Virus record (IMG/VR): IMGVR_UViG_3300032243_001875
Span: 1-44,817 of that record
Length of the DNA: 44,817 bases
Source of the DNA: a virus
Taxonomy: Duplodnaviria; Caudoviricetes
Reading direction: 5' to 3' (one strand)
Below, in pieces: positions 15,908 through 25,739 of this stretch (positions are counted from its first letter, which is position 1; each line of letters starts with the position of its first letter). Position numbers and translations under genes: made by a program. Below the pieces are notes generated by a model, which searched no databases, was not told where the DNA came from, and saw only the letters and a list, made by a program, of their open reading frames with translations.

Positions 15908-16963
15908 ATGAAAGAAAAAATTTACGTATTCCAATGGATATCTGATTTAGGTGGTGCAGACACTCGGCTTAAAGAGCTGTTAATATTACTAAAAGACAAA
16001 TTTGACATTACATGTATACCTAATGATGATTTCAGGTTACAAGAAAAACACAACACTGATTTTTTAGACAAGCACGGAATATCGTACGTAAGTTTCAGTT
16101 CTTTGCCAAAACAACTTAGTGGCTATGCTTACTCCAATTGTAATTTTAGACTTTTTTCTGAGCGCAACAGGATAAACTATATCAAAGAATCAGGTGTAAA
16201 ATTTTTATGGTCTAACGATATGATGTGGCACACTCCAGAAGAAGTAGATGCAATAAAGAAAAACATGATCGACGTTGTTCTGTATACATCTGCATTTCAT
16301 AGAAGTGTGTTGCATAAAGAAGTAGCATCCGCAAATCCAACTCAAAAAACATTTGTAATAGAAAATTACTTTGATGCCGACACGTGGCCGCTTCTAGAAA
16401 GAAAAGACAGAGGGTTCACAACGTTTGGTAAAGTCTCTAGAGATGAACCTATGAAATTCTCTGAGAACTTCCCAATATTTTATGATCAAATAACTGATGG
16501 ATTAAAATGTGAATACTCAATTTTAGGATGGTCAGATAAAGTTGCAAGTAAGTATAAGTGGTATAACTTTGAAGACAAGTGGAGATTGTATGCCGCAAAC
16601 GCCATGGCTACCATTGAATGGTTTGCAGATCTTGATGTATTCTTGTATAATTGCAATCATAAATTCATAGAAAATCAAAGTAGAGCGATTATTGAAAGTC
16701 AACTCACCGGAGCCCCAATTATAGCCCCAAACAAGTGGAATTTTCCAAATATGATTCAACATGAAGAAACAGGATTCGTTTGGAACAACCTTGATGAAGC
16801 AAAAGAGCAAGCAAAAATTCTATCTGATTATGATACTCGTACAAAAATGGGGAGACTGGCGAGCCAGCATTGTCGAGATAAGTGGTGTAACAAAGTTGCG
16901 GCGATATCCAAGTGGAGCACGCTTCTTGATGTAGCAAATAAAAGAATAGAGGTAAATGTATGA
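15908..16963 (+). CDS. GT-B glycosyltransferase (GT4-like)
   Basis: LGGADT at the N-terminus; ENQSRAIIE (Ex7E) ...GAPIIA...ETGFV. Confidence 0.82.
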   Translation: MKEKIYVFQWISDLGGADTRLKELLILLKDKFDITCIPNDDFRLQEKHNTDFLDKHGISYVSFSSLPKQLSGYAYSNCNFRLFSERNRINYIKESGVKFLWSNDMMWHTPEEVDAIKKNMIDVVLYTSAFHRSVLHKEVASANPTQKTFVIENYFDADTWPLLERKDRGFTTFGKVSRDEPMKFSENFPIFYDQITDGLKCEYSILGWSDKVASKYKWYNFEDKWRLYAANAMATIEWFADLDVFLYNCNHKFIENQSRAIIESQLTGAPIIAPNKWNFPNMIQHEETGFVWNNLDEAKEQAKILSDYDTRTKMGRLASQHCRDKWCNKVAAISKWSTLLDVANKRIEVNV

Positions 16964-17772
16964 AGACTCTTATATGGTCAGTTGCTTGGGGTGACTACAG
17001 GTACATGCTCCAATCATTGGTGAAAAGCATGAACAGCGTTGGCATCGAGCATGACATCCTGGTTTACTGCGATGAAGCTTTACATGGATGTAAAAGTAAG
17101 CCGATGATCAAAGACATCCATATGGACTCTACTCAATATTGGAAGTTTGAATATCTTACCAAAATTGCAGAAATGGATTACGACTTATTTGTATTCATAG
17201 ACAGCGATCACTACTTTGTTAGAAAGCCTAGACTAGACTTCAGTGAAATAATTGGCGAAGATCCTTGGCATAGCTTTCTGGAAAGCCCCATCAATGACAC
17301 CACTACTCGCAGATCAGACTGGTGGGGACTGCCGAATGCACAAATGACTGAGCTATGGAGGGCGTTTGGAGTTAATCAGAACATAATTTATAATACAAAC
17401 GGTGGCTTTTGGATTTGCAGAAAGAATTTTGCCCAGCAAGCAAGAGATACGGTTAATCATTTCCGTGAGTTCCAAAAAAAGGCTGGGCTTAACTTCCCAG
17501 AAGAAGTTGGCATAGCAGTACTATCTCACATGTTCAGTAAAGACTACAGCGCCAGATTTCATAAGAAATACATGGATATTTGGGCTAGCGAATGGACTGG
17601 AGCATACTCAGATATGATACCAACAGGTAATCCCTGGAAGTTTGTGGAATACATGACCAATAAAGAGTCGGTTGTTGATCCCGCAATTGTTCATGCCATG
17701 AGAAGCAAAAATGCATTAGTGGCAATGGGCAAATCTGAAATGAACAAGAATATTCGCAGAGAGTATTCTTGA
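16960..17772 (+). CDS. GT-A fold glycosyltransferase-like protein
   Basis: FVFIDSD (DxD), NTNGGFW, PEE and IVH. Confidence 0.7.
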   Translation: MKTLIWSVAWGDYRYMLQSLVKSMNSVGIEHDILVYCDEALHGCKSKPMIKDIHMDSTQYWKFEYLTKIAEMDYDLFVFIDSDHYFVRKPRLDFSEIIGEDPWHSFLESPINDTTTRRSDWWGLPNAQMTELWRAFGVNQNIIYNTNGGFWICRKNFAQQARDTVNHFREFQKKAGLNFPEEVGIAVLSHMFSKDYSARFHKKYMDIWASEWTGAYSDMIPTGNPWKFVEYMTNKESVVDPAIVHAMRSKNALVAMGKSEMNKNIRREYS

Positions 17773-17788
17773 TCCCGACCTCGATAAC

Positions 17789-17829
17789 ACGGAGCGCGAT
17801 GGGCGTAGCGCTCTGTTTAAATAACGCCC
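17789..17829 (+). ncRNA. candidate H-type pseudoknot RNA element
   Basis: Stem ACGGAGCGC/GCGCTCTGT; loop GGGCGT complementary to downstream ACGCCC; GC-rich in an AT-rich context. Confidence 0.45.
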
Positions 17830-17843
17830 CCTTATTTTTTATT

Positions 17844-17869
17844 CCGTCATCGAAAGGTGGCGGTTTTTT
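17844..17869 (+). terminator. intrinsic terminator
   Basis: CCGTCATC-GAAA-GGTGGCGG followed by TTTTTT. Confidence 0.8.
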
Positions 17870-17937
17870 ATTATCATAACATAAAATATTATGTCGATAA
17901 ATTAAAAATATAATAATTTATATATAAGGATTAATTT

Positions 17938-18870
17938 ATGAAAATACTTGTTACTGGTGGCGCTGGATTTATTGGCTCTAATCTAGTAGATAGACTTCTA
18001 AATGATGGTCACGAAGTTTCGGTCATTGATAATGAATCATCAGATGCTCATGAATCATTTTATTGGAATAGTAACGCAAAAAATTATAAGTATGATATTT
18101 GTGACTACGAAAATACTAGAAAAATATATGATGGTATTGATACAGTATTTCATATTGCTGCAGAAGCAAGGATACAGCCGTGTATTATAAACCCGCTAAA
18201 AGCTGTTCAGTCTAATGCTGTAGGAACCTGCACAGTTCTCCAATGCTCTAGAGAAGCTGGAGTAAATAAGGTTGTGTACTCATCCACATCATCAGCATAT
18301 GGTCTTGCGAATCAGCCACCGCTTAACGAAAAAATGCCCAATGACTGTTTAAACCCATATTCAGTCACCAAAGTATGTGGAGAAGAATTATGCAAAATGT
18401 ATTTTAAGCTATATGGCCTTAAGACAGTTATATTTAGATATTTTAATGTATATGGAGAAAGACAGCCGTTAAAGGGTCAGTATGCTCCAGTGGTCGGCAT
18501 ATTCTTGAGACAAAGAAAAAATGGCGAACCCATGACTATTGTTGGAGACGGGACACAGCGCAGAGATTTCACTCACGTTAGCGATGTTGTAGAGGCAAAC
18601 ATAAGAGCAATGGCATTAAATGATCAAGTCATGTATAATGAAACCGACATTATATATCGTTCTTGGGATTTTGGAAATGTGATCAATGTTGGGACTGGCG
18701 TTAATTACTCGGTTAATGAGATCGCAGATATGATAGGTGGTCCTCGTGTTGGAATACCGCCAAGGCTTGGAGAATCAAATATTACACTAGCAGATATAAA
18801 TATTTGTAAAAAAGTTTTAGGCTTTCAGCCAAGAGTATCGCTGAAAGATTGGATTCATAATAACATATAA
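17938..18870 (+). CDS. NAD-dependent nucleotide-sugar epimerase/dehydratase (UDP-hexose 4-epimerase-like)
   Basis: VTGGAGFIGSNL, YSVTK, RYFNVYG and GDGTQRRDFTHV. Confidence 0.92.
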   Translation: MKILVTGGAGFIGSNLVDRLLNDGHEVSVIDNESSDAHESFYWNSNAKNYKYDICDYENTRKIYDGIDTVFHIAAEARIQPCIINPLKAVQSNAVGTCTVLQCSREAGVNKVVYSSTSSAYGLANQPPLNEKMPNDCLNPYSVTKVCGEELCKMYFKLYGLKTVIFRYFNVYGERQPLKGQYAPVVGIFLRQRKNGEPMTIVGDGTQRRDFTHVSDVVEANIRAMALNDQVMYNETDIIYRSWDFGNVINVGTGVNYSVNEIADMIGGPRVGIPPRLGESNITLADINICKKVLGFQPRVSLKDWIHNNI

Positions 18871-18906
18871 TCATTATAATATACTTACAAAAATCGATAA
18901 ATCAAT

Positions 18907-19809
18907 ATGAGTAATCAATTTCTTATAGAACATTTTCAAGCAAACAAAGATTCTGTTTTGTCAAAAATCAGTGGTATTTCTTTCCATGGAAAAAGAAAAG
19001 AAAGCTTTGACTTTGTCACAGTAGTACCAAAGTACGGAAGAAATGCTCATTTTAAATTTTTAATTGATTGCTTTAAGAAGAGACAACAAGAAAGTGACTT
19101 CTCTCATAGAATGGTAGTTGTAGAACACGGAGAAGATAAAGAAGCGCTATCGCACTGTGAAAGTAATGATATTGATTATATATTCATACCAAAATCAAAT
19201 GAACTTTTTAACAAGTGTCTTGCTATGAACGTAGGTAGTTTTTTACATGAATCTAAATATATACATTTTCATGATGTAGATCTTTTTATGCCAAGTATGT
19301 TCTGGAAAAAAATACAAGTAAATTTAAAAAATAAAATAGTCCTACAAGCCTTCACAAGAAAAAGAGTAAATTACATCAATGAATCATATTCTAATGAAAT
19401 ATTTAATAATCAAATTAGCATAAATGAAGTTATTTCTAAAAGAAACTCATGGCATCCAGGCAGACCTGGAGCTCCCGGTGGTTCTGTAATTATTAATAGA
19501 GATCTGTTCAATGAAATTGGCGGATTTGATCCATGTTATTTTTTATCCTACTCAATAGAAGATCAATTTTTTGTAGACAAAATTGAAACTAAAACAAAAT
19601 TTCATGGGGCTGATTCACCACCAATAGAAATGTTCCATCTGTGGCATCCAAGCAACGAAGCAGCAACACCAATAGATGTAAGAAAAAAAGGACTTAAAGT
19701 CAGAGACTATTTCATAAGACTTCAACTTTCTGAAAAGAAATCACTTATTAATATGTACAGTTCTTTTCTAAACAGTCAAAAAGATATTTTTAATGCAACT
19801 ATAAAATAA
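18907..19809 (+). CDS. GT2/GT7 galactosyltransferase-related protein
   Basis: FNKCLAMNVG, HDVD, IGGFD, ED and HLWH. Confidence 0.8.
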   Translation: MSNQFLIEHFQANKDSVLSKISGISFHGKRKESFDFVTVVPKYGRNAHFKFLIDCFKKRQQESDFSHRMVVVEHGEDKEALSHCESNDIDYIFIPKSNELFNKCLAMNVGSFLHESKYIHFHDVDLFMPSMFWKKIQVNLKNKIVLQAFTRKRVNYINESYSNEIFNNQISINEVISKRNSWHPGRPGAPGGSVIINRDLFNEIGGFDPCYFLSYSIEDQFFVDKIETKTKFHGADSPPIEMFHLWHPSNEAATPIDVRKKGLKVRDYFIRLQLSEKKSLINMYSSFLNSQKDIFNATIK

Positions 19810-19823
19810 TGAGGTAATTACAA

Positions 19824-20438
19824 GTGAATATAAATGAATTTGATAAAATCTATTGCATCAATTTGGCAAAAAGAAAAGATAGAAGATCGCAGTGTGAGAA
19901 TATTTTTAAAACAAATGGTCTCAATGTTGAATTTATTGAAGCCGTGGATGGATCAACTATTCAAGACACTAAGGGCTTGAATCGTGGAGCTGCTGGTTGC
20001 TGTCTTTCTCATAAAAAGATATTTGACAAAATGCATTCCGATAGATCTTTAAAAAAAGTATTAATCTTAGAAGATGACGTAGAATTTCATGCAGATTTTA
20101 AAAATTTATTTACTAAATACTACCAACATGTGCCAGAAAATTGGAATCTGTTATTTTTTGGAGGTAGCCACAATCTGCCACCAAAACCAGTAAATCAATT
20201 TGTGCATAAATTAGTAAAAACTTTTACCACGCATTGTTACGCGGTGAGGGATACGGCAGTAAATACACTTTTAGAACAATTTAGCGATTCAAATATTTTT
20301 AATTTGCAAGCAGACGTACATCTTTATAAAATACAAAAGAAAATACCATGCTATGGCTTTACTCACCACATAGCATGGCAAAGAGAAGGATTTTCAGACA
20401 TAGAAGGTGGCTATAGAAAGTACGATTTCCTCAAATGA
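19824..20438 (+). CDS. glycosyltransferase family 25
   Basis: YCINLAKRKDRR, AVDG, GCCLSH, LEDD and TTHCY. Confidence 0.88.
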   Translation: MNINEFDKIYCINLAKRKDRRSQCENIFKTNGLNVEFIEAVDGSTIQDTKGLNRGAAGCCLSHKKIFDKMHSDRSLKKVLILEDDVEFHADFKNLFTKYYQHVPENWNLLFFGGSHNLPPKPVNQFVHKLVKTFTTHCYAVRDTAVNTLLEQFSDSNIFNLQADVHLYKIQKKIPCYGFTHHIAWQREGFSDIEGGYRKYDFLK

Positions 20439-21223
20439 ATAAGATAAAAACATATATTGACTGGAGCTATGATGTTCATGCATTAAATTCCCATAATTGG
20501 ATTAACTCTTCAATTGATGATGCAGATTTAGTTGTTTCAATTAATGGGCGTAGAAAAATAGAATCTAAAGCAATTAAAGTACTTTGGCTTTTAGAGCCAG
20601 AAAGTATAGAACAAGATCTCTACAAAGCAACAAAAGAAGAGAGGCTTGCATATGATTACATAGTATCTCACCGTGACGATTTAGTTACAGTTAACAGTCA
20701 TATACAAATATCTCCGTGTACGCCTTCTTGGATAAATCCAGAAGAAAGAAAGATATATGAAAAAACAAAAAATATAAGTATGATAGCTTCTAGGAAAATA
20801 ATGTGTCAAGGTCATCTTTATAGACAAGAAATAGCTAAAAAAGTATCACAATTTGTAGACATATATGGGAGAGGAAGAAATTTTGAATTAGATTCAAAAA
20901 TAGATGGACTAAAGGACTATAGGTTCTCAATAGCTATGGAAAATGGATGCTACAATACCTATTTTACAGAAAAAATTCTAGACTGTTTTTTTGTAGGAAC
21001 AATACCAATTTATTGGGGCACAGAAAATATAAATAAGATATTTAATCCAAAAGGAATTATATTTCTTGAAGATTTTATGGCGCATATAGATAAGTTTAAT
21101 TTTGAAGAAGAATATCAAAATAGAATTGAAGCTATAAAAGAAAATTTTGAAATAGCAAAAAGTGTCAACTTTACTTCAGCAGATGGCATTCATAAAATAG
21201 TTAAAAAAGTTTTTAACCAATAA
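20435..21223 (+). CDS. GT10-like (alpha-1,3/4-fucosyltransferase family) protein
   Basis: KDYRFSIAMEN...YFTEKILDCF..GTIPIYWG. Confidence 0.85.
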   Translation: MNKIKTYIDWSYDVHALNSHNWINSSIDDADLVVSINGRRKIESKAIKVLWLLEPESIEQDLYKATKEERLAYDYIVSHRDDLVTVNSHIQISPCTPSWINPEERKIYEKTKNISMIASRKIMCQGHLYRQEIAKKVSQFVDIYGRGRNFELDSKIDGLKDYRFSIAMENGCYNTYFTEKILDCFFVGTIPIYWGTENINKIFNPKGIIFLEDFMAHIDKFNFEEEYQNRIEAIKENFEIAKSVNFTSADGIHKIVKKVFNQ

Positions 21224-21225
21224 CA

Positions 21226-22005
21226 ATGATTACCGTAGAATTATATGGCAGAACTGGAAATAATATGTTCCAAATTGCAGCAGCCTTAGCCCTTGCAAAA
21301 AAGCACAATACTACTGCTAGATTTGTAGGCTCTAGCGAGCATCTGGAGGGGTTTAAGCTTAAGGGACTTTCTAGAAGTTCTGTAAAATGTCCCAATAAGT
21401 ATCAAGAAAATGAGTTTACCTACAATCCAGAATTTGCAAATATACCAGACAACGTGCACATAGACGGATATTTTCAATCGGAAAAGTATTTCATTAATAT
21501 CGAAGAAGATGTAAGAAGATGTTTTTCATTTGATCAAAATACAGTAGAAAAAGCCAAGAAGTGGCAAGGGGCTAAATTTAAAAGAATAATTTATGGAGAT
21601 TTAGCTACTGCATTACATATAAGAAGAACTGATTACCTGAAGCATCCAGATGTATACCCTCAATTCGGGATAGAATACTATGACAAATGTCTTGATAAAA
21701 TACCCAATAAAGGTACTGTTCTTATTTTCTCAGATGACATAAAATGGTGTTCTACAGCTTTTAGCGGTAGAGGATACGAATTTGTGGATATGCCAGCAAT
21801 ACCATCAATGTATTTGATGTCTCACTGTAAAAATATAATAATGGCAAACAGCACTTTTAGTTGGTGGTCAACTTGGCTGGGGAAGCCAGAAATTGCCATT
21901 TACCCAAAGAACTGGTTTGGATCTAATTGGCCACATAAGAACAAGCATGCGAATCAAGAAGAGTGCATAAAAGACTTATGCCCAAGTAAATGGATTGCAG
22001 TTTAA
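21226..22005 (+). CDS. GT11 alpha-1,2-fucosyltransferase
   Basis: GRTGNNMFQ, GYFQSEKYF, HIRRTDY, FSDDI and NSTFSWW. Confidence 0.9.
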   Translation: MITVELYGRTGNNMFQIAAALALAKKHNTTARFVGSSEHLEGFKLKGLSRSSVKCPNKYQENEFTYNPEFANIPDNVHIDGYFQSEKYFINIEEDVRRCFSFDQNTVEKAKKWQGAKFKRIIYGDLATALHIRRTDYLKHPDVYPQFGIEYYDKCLDKIPNKGTVLIFSDDIKWCSTAFSGRGYEFVDMPAIPSMYLMSHCKNIIMANSTFSWWSTWLGKPEIAIYPKNWFGSNWPHKNKHANQEECIKDLCPSKWIAV

Positions 22006-22586
22006 GCCCTCACGTAAAGTGCATCGCCCCAATTGCACGTAGTCATGCTAATCCAGACACGCTTAAAGCCAAGCTCTTTAAGCCATATATCTAAGTCTGT
22101 CAATATAACATTATTTTCGTACAGTTCATCCACATTTACTTCAGTGTAAATAGCTTTAACATGCTTTAAGGTTTCTAAAGCTCCCTTTAATACATGCAAC
22201 TCATAGCCTTGCACGTCTAAATTTAAAAAGTTACAGTCCGTAATACCAAAGTCATCCAGCCTTTTAACATCAACAGTCATAGAAGTATCAAAAGTTATAT
22301 GACTATGCCTTTCAAGATGATATTTTGGCTTCAATAGAGATGAGGAAGCATTATTATTTGCTATAAAAAACTCCATTTGACATGCTGTATCTCCAAGAGC
22401 GCAATTATATTTGTTTACCTCATTTGGTATTTTATCAAAACACTCTTTAATTGGTTCAAATATATGAACTTTATTCGTGTATCTAAGATAGTCTGGCACT
22501 TCTTCTCCAGTGTGCCCACCAACATGTATAACACCGTCAATATTTAATCCATATTGATTTACCATATCGTCAAAGGATGTAAGCAT
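22002..22586 (-). CDS. FkbM family methyltransferase
   Basis: IHVGGHTGEE, FEP, SSSLL, LDVQGYELHVLKG and WGDALY. Confidence 0.9.
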   Translation of the reverse strand: MLTSFDDMVNQYGLNIDGVIHVGGHTGEEVPDYLRYTNKVHIFEPIKECFDKIPNEVNKYNCALGDTACQMEFFIANNNASSSLLKPKYHLERHSHITFDTSMTVDVKRLDDFGITDCNFLNLDVQGYELHVLKGALETLKHVKAIYTEVNVDELYENNVILTDLDIWLKELGFKRVWISMTTCNWGDALYVRA

Positions 22587-22604
22587 ATTAAATACCTTTC
22601 TATT

Positions 22605-23309
22605 TTATTTGCGCAAAGATGCGTAGTTTTTTATAAAAAAATCTATATTAGAAGACAATCCATCTTCTAATGATGTAAACTTAAACGAAGGAAAATGTTT
22701 TCTGAAATTTTCATTACAAGAGTTCTTTTTCATGATGCCCTCTGGCTTTGACTTGTCAAAATACACTGCACCTTCAAATTTCATAATTTTAACAATAGTA
22801 CTAACAACTTCTTCTATTGTATAAGTAGATCCTGGAGAAACAATCATGGTATCAAAAGATATCGATTCATCCTTGAAAACCTGATCTAATATTTCTGCAA
22901 AATCTTTGACATAAATAAATTCTCTCTCTGCCTTTCCAGAACCCCAGATATTAAAAATTGTGTTTGTCTGCTTAGCAACTTAGCATTTATGTATAAGACT
23001 AGGAATAACATGTCCACTATCTAAATTATAATTATCATTTTCTCCATATAGGTTGCATGGAATAATGCACGAAGCATTAACTTTATATTGCTCGCGCAAT
23101 GCCCTTGTTCCTACTTCGAGCATTCTCTTTGCGTAAGCATATCCAAAGTTTGTGTTATGAGGCTCACCAGAATGAAGAGATTTTTCTTGCAAAGGTAGTG
23201 GAGCAGACGCAGGAAATGCACCTATTTCTATATAATATCCATCTTTTTTATTATTTGTTTTTTCAAAAGCATAGAGATCTTGTCCACATTGAGAATAAGA
23301 TTGAAGCAT
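22605..23309 (-). pseudogene. chimeric pseudogene: FkbM N-terminus fused to the C-terminal two-thirds of a second GDP-fucose synthase, with internal TAA
   Basis: YSQCGQD...GYYIEIGA joins FPASAPLPL...; in-frame TAA at 22980-22982, after which the frame continues VAKQTNTIFNIWGSGKAERE..., collinear with 24826-25731. Confidence 0.85.
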
Positions 23310-23314
23310 GGTTT

Positions 23315-24070
23315 TTATCCTTTATAAAATAACAAATTTGACGCCCTTGTAAGTGGTTTTTCTTTAGAAACTATTATATTACCTTTTAGTTTTTGCAATA
23401 ATTCTTCTTTAGAATAAACTAATTCTTCAGAAATAAAATTAACTGCCATATAGAAATTGATTGCTCTATTTACAACTTTTTCCATATATACATCTTGAAT
23501 ATTTTTATAGCATTCAGAAAAAGCATAATTTGATATTAAAAAGTCAGAATCTATATCTATTAGATTTTCTAAAGTATAAAATTTATACTTATTTAAATCT
23601 AATCCGCTTGTTATTAAGAATTTTTTAATTAATTCTATTGTTTCTGGCAAATCTATTATAACGTATTCTTTTATGTTGTAAATTAAATTTATTATTGCAG
23701 ACTGACCTCCATATCCAGCTCCAATTTCGACTATTGTCTTACCGTTTAAGTCACCATAAATCCGCTTGATATCTGAAAAAACATGCAAATAACGTAGCAT
23801 CGTTGGTGATATTGAGCCAAATTTACCAAAGCTATAGCGAATGGGACCGCCATGCTCGTCTACTTTTTTTATACTTCTCACAATATTGTCATCTATATCT
23901 ATAACTTTTTTTATTTCTTTTAAATATTCATTCCCATATTCATATGATACATGTTCCAGTATTCCTACATAGTCTGTATGAGATCTGAATGTTGAAAACA
24001 CTTCATCATCCTTAGACGCAAGAAGACATAAATTTTTATACTTTTCGTAATCGCTTATACTAGTTTGCAT
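23315..24070 (-). CDS. putative sugar O-methyltransferase
   Basis: SPTMLRY, IVEIGAGYGG, IIDLPE and ISNYAFSE. Confidence 0.8.
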   Translation of the reverse strand: MQTSISDYEKYKNLCLLASKDDEVFSTFRSHTDYVGILEHVSYEYGNEYLKEIKKVIDIDDNIVRSIKKVDEHGGPIRYSFGKFGSISPTMLRYLHVFSDIKRIYGDLNGKTIVEIGAGYGGQSAIINLIYNIKEYVIIDLPETIELIKKFLITSGLDLNKYKFYTLENLIDIDSDFLISNYAFSECYKNIQDVYMEKVVNRAINFYMAVNFISEELVYSKEELLQKLKGNIIVSKEKPLTRASNLLFYKG

Positions 24071-24075
24071 ATTTT

Positions 24076-24822
24076 TTATTCTTTACAATAAATTTTTTCT
24101 TTAAATAATCTGTGTAAAGTTTTCATTCCTTCAGCATTATGTCTCATGTGAAAATGATATTCTGTTAAATCATTTTTAGTTAAGCATTTTAAATCAATTA
24201 AATCTTTTTTATTTTCTGGCAAATCGCCTATATCTTTTCTTCTTGCTCCTGGATAAATGTTTATGCCAAAATTCCTTAAATGATAGCCTATTGTTACATC
24301 ATCTAATCCTATTTCTTCACTTACCATTTTATTTAAATTTTCAGTTATAATTTTTAAAACATCTTTACTAAAGAAAAAACCAGAACCTGATGCAAATTTA
24401 AATGTCTCTTCTTTATAATGGTATGGAGTAGGGACCCCACAATAAAATTTCTTTCTTGGTTTATTTGATAAAAAATTAACTAAATTTTGCACATTAATAT
24501 AACTGCCACAGCAGCATCTAAAGACAAAATTATAATTAGTATTTTGTTCGAAATATGATAATGAATTTAAAACTTTTTTATTCATGTTTTCATATGTTTC
24601 TTGCACTCCATGTAATATCATATCTTTATAAATTTTAGTTTCACCTAATTTTGGGTTATTGTCAAAATTTGGTATAAAACCATAATTAAAAAATACATTA
24701 ACATTATTTGGTAGTCTTTTTGCCCATGTGTCTTTTATGGTGTCTACCATCTCGTCGTATGTCTTGCCATTCGAATAAGAAATATCTTCACCGCCACTTA
24801 AAACTATTATTGCAATTTTCAT
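24076..24822 (-). CDS. GT31-like glycosyltransferase
   Basis: IKDTW, E.YENM..K, FASGSGFFFS and DDVTIG. Confidence 0.65.
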   Translation of the reverse strand: MKIAIIVLSGGEDISYSNGKTYDEMVDTIKDTWAKRLPNNVNVFFNYGFIPNFDNNPKLGETKIYKDMILHGVQETYENMNKKVLNSLSYFEQNTNYNFVFRCCCGSYINVQNLVNFLSNKPRKKFYCGVPTPYHYKEETFKFASGSGFFFSKDVLKIITENLNKMVSEEIGLDDVTIGYHLRNFGINIYPGARRKDIGDLPENKKDLIDLKCLTKNDLTEYHFHMRHNAEGMKTLHRLFKEKIYCKE

Positions 24823-24825
24823 GTT

Positions 24826-25731
24826 TTATTTTCTTAAAGAACGATAGTTTTTAATAAAATACTCTATATTTTTTGATAATCCATCTTCTAATGATGTAAA
24901 TTTGAAATCAAGAAAATGACTTCTAAAAATATCATTACATGAATTCTTTTTCATTATACCTTCAGGTTTGCTCTTATCAAAAAACACCTTACCCTTGAAG
25001 TCCATTATCTTTACAATATAATTTACAATTTCTTCTATTGTATATGTAGTCCCCGGAGATACTATCATTGTTTCAGGAATGTTAATGTCTTTATTCATTA
25101 TCTCATCAACAATATTGGCAAAGTCTTTGATGTATATAAATTCTCTCTCTGCTTTACCTGAACCCCAAATTTCTAATATTGTATTTGTGCTTTTTGCTAT
25201 CCAGCACTTGTGTATAAGGCTTGGGATTACGTGACCACTTTGCAAATTATAATTATCGTCTTGTCCGTATAGGTTGCATGGTATGACGCAAGAGCTATTT
25301 ATCTTGTACTGCTGTCGCAAGGCCCTTGATCCAACTTCAAGCATTCTCTTTGCATAAGCATAGCCAAAGTTTGTATGATGTGGTTCTCCAGTATGAAGAT
25401 ACTCTTCTTTTAGTGGTAATGGAGCCGATGTTGGAAAGGCGCATGTTGAAACTATGAATATTGCTTTTTTAAATGAAAACTCTTTACAAGCATTCATTAC
25501 ATTAGTGCTCATCATAATATTTTCAGAAAAGAAGTCATAAACAAAATCTGTATTTGCTTTTACGCCGCCGACTCTTGCAGCTGCATGAACAACAGAGTCA
25601 ATATTGTTATTCTTGATATAGTTAGAAAGTTGATCATATTTTAGGCAATCAACCTCATCTTTGCTTGGCTTAAAGCCAAAATCAAGAGCGCTACCAAGTA
25701 ACCCTTTTCCGCCAGTAATTAATGTATTCAT
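24826..25731 (-). CDS. fcl: GDP-L-fucose synthase
   Basis: TGGKGLLGS, AARVGGVKAN, STCAFP, YAYAK, PCNLYG, HVIPSLI and WGSGKAEREF. Confidence 0.9.
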   Translation of the reverse strand: MNTLITGGKGLLGSALDFGFKPSKDEVDCLKYDQLSNYIKNNNIDSVVHAAARVGGVKANTDFVYDFFSENIMMSTNVMNACKEFSFKKAIFIVSTCAFPTSAPLPLKEEYLHTGEPHHTNFGYAYAKRMLEVGSRALRQQYKINSSCVIPCNLYGQDDNYNLQSGHVIPSLIHKCWIAKSTNTILEIWGSGKAEREFIYIKDFANIVDEIMNKDINIPETMIVSPGTTYTIEEIVNYIVKIMDFKGKVFFDKSKPEGIMKKNSCNDIFRSHFLDFKFTSLEDGLSKNIEYFIKNYRSLRK

Positions 25732-25739
25732 GTGAACCT

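Noticed and set aside
17770-17829. UGA readthrough/SECIS signal for the upstream GT
   Set aside because: The frame after TGA hits TAA five codons later (TCC CGA CCT CGA TAA), before the structure, so readthrough would add almost nothing.
17789-17829. Assignment to fluoride, SAM-II, guanidine-III riboswitch or pistol ribozyme
   Set aside because: Only the topology or short words resemble these; their conserved core nucleotides and extra stems are not present.
22980-22982. Stop-codon reassignment (alternative genetic code)
   Set aside because: It is a single in-frame TAA in an already chimeric gene; TAA, TAG and TGA all end intact genes elsewhere, and no suppressor tRNA is present.
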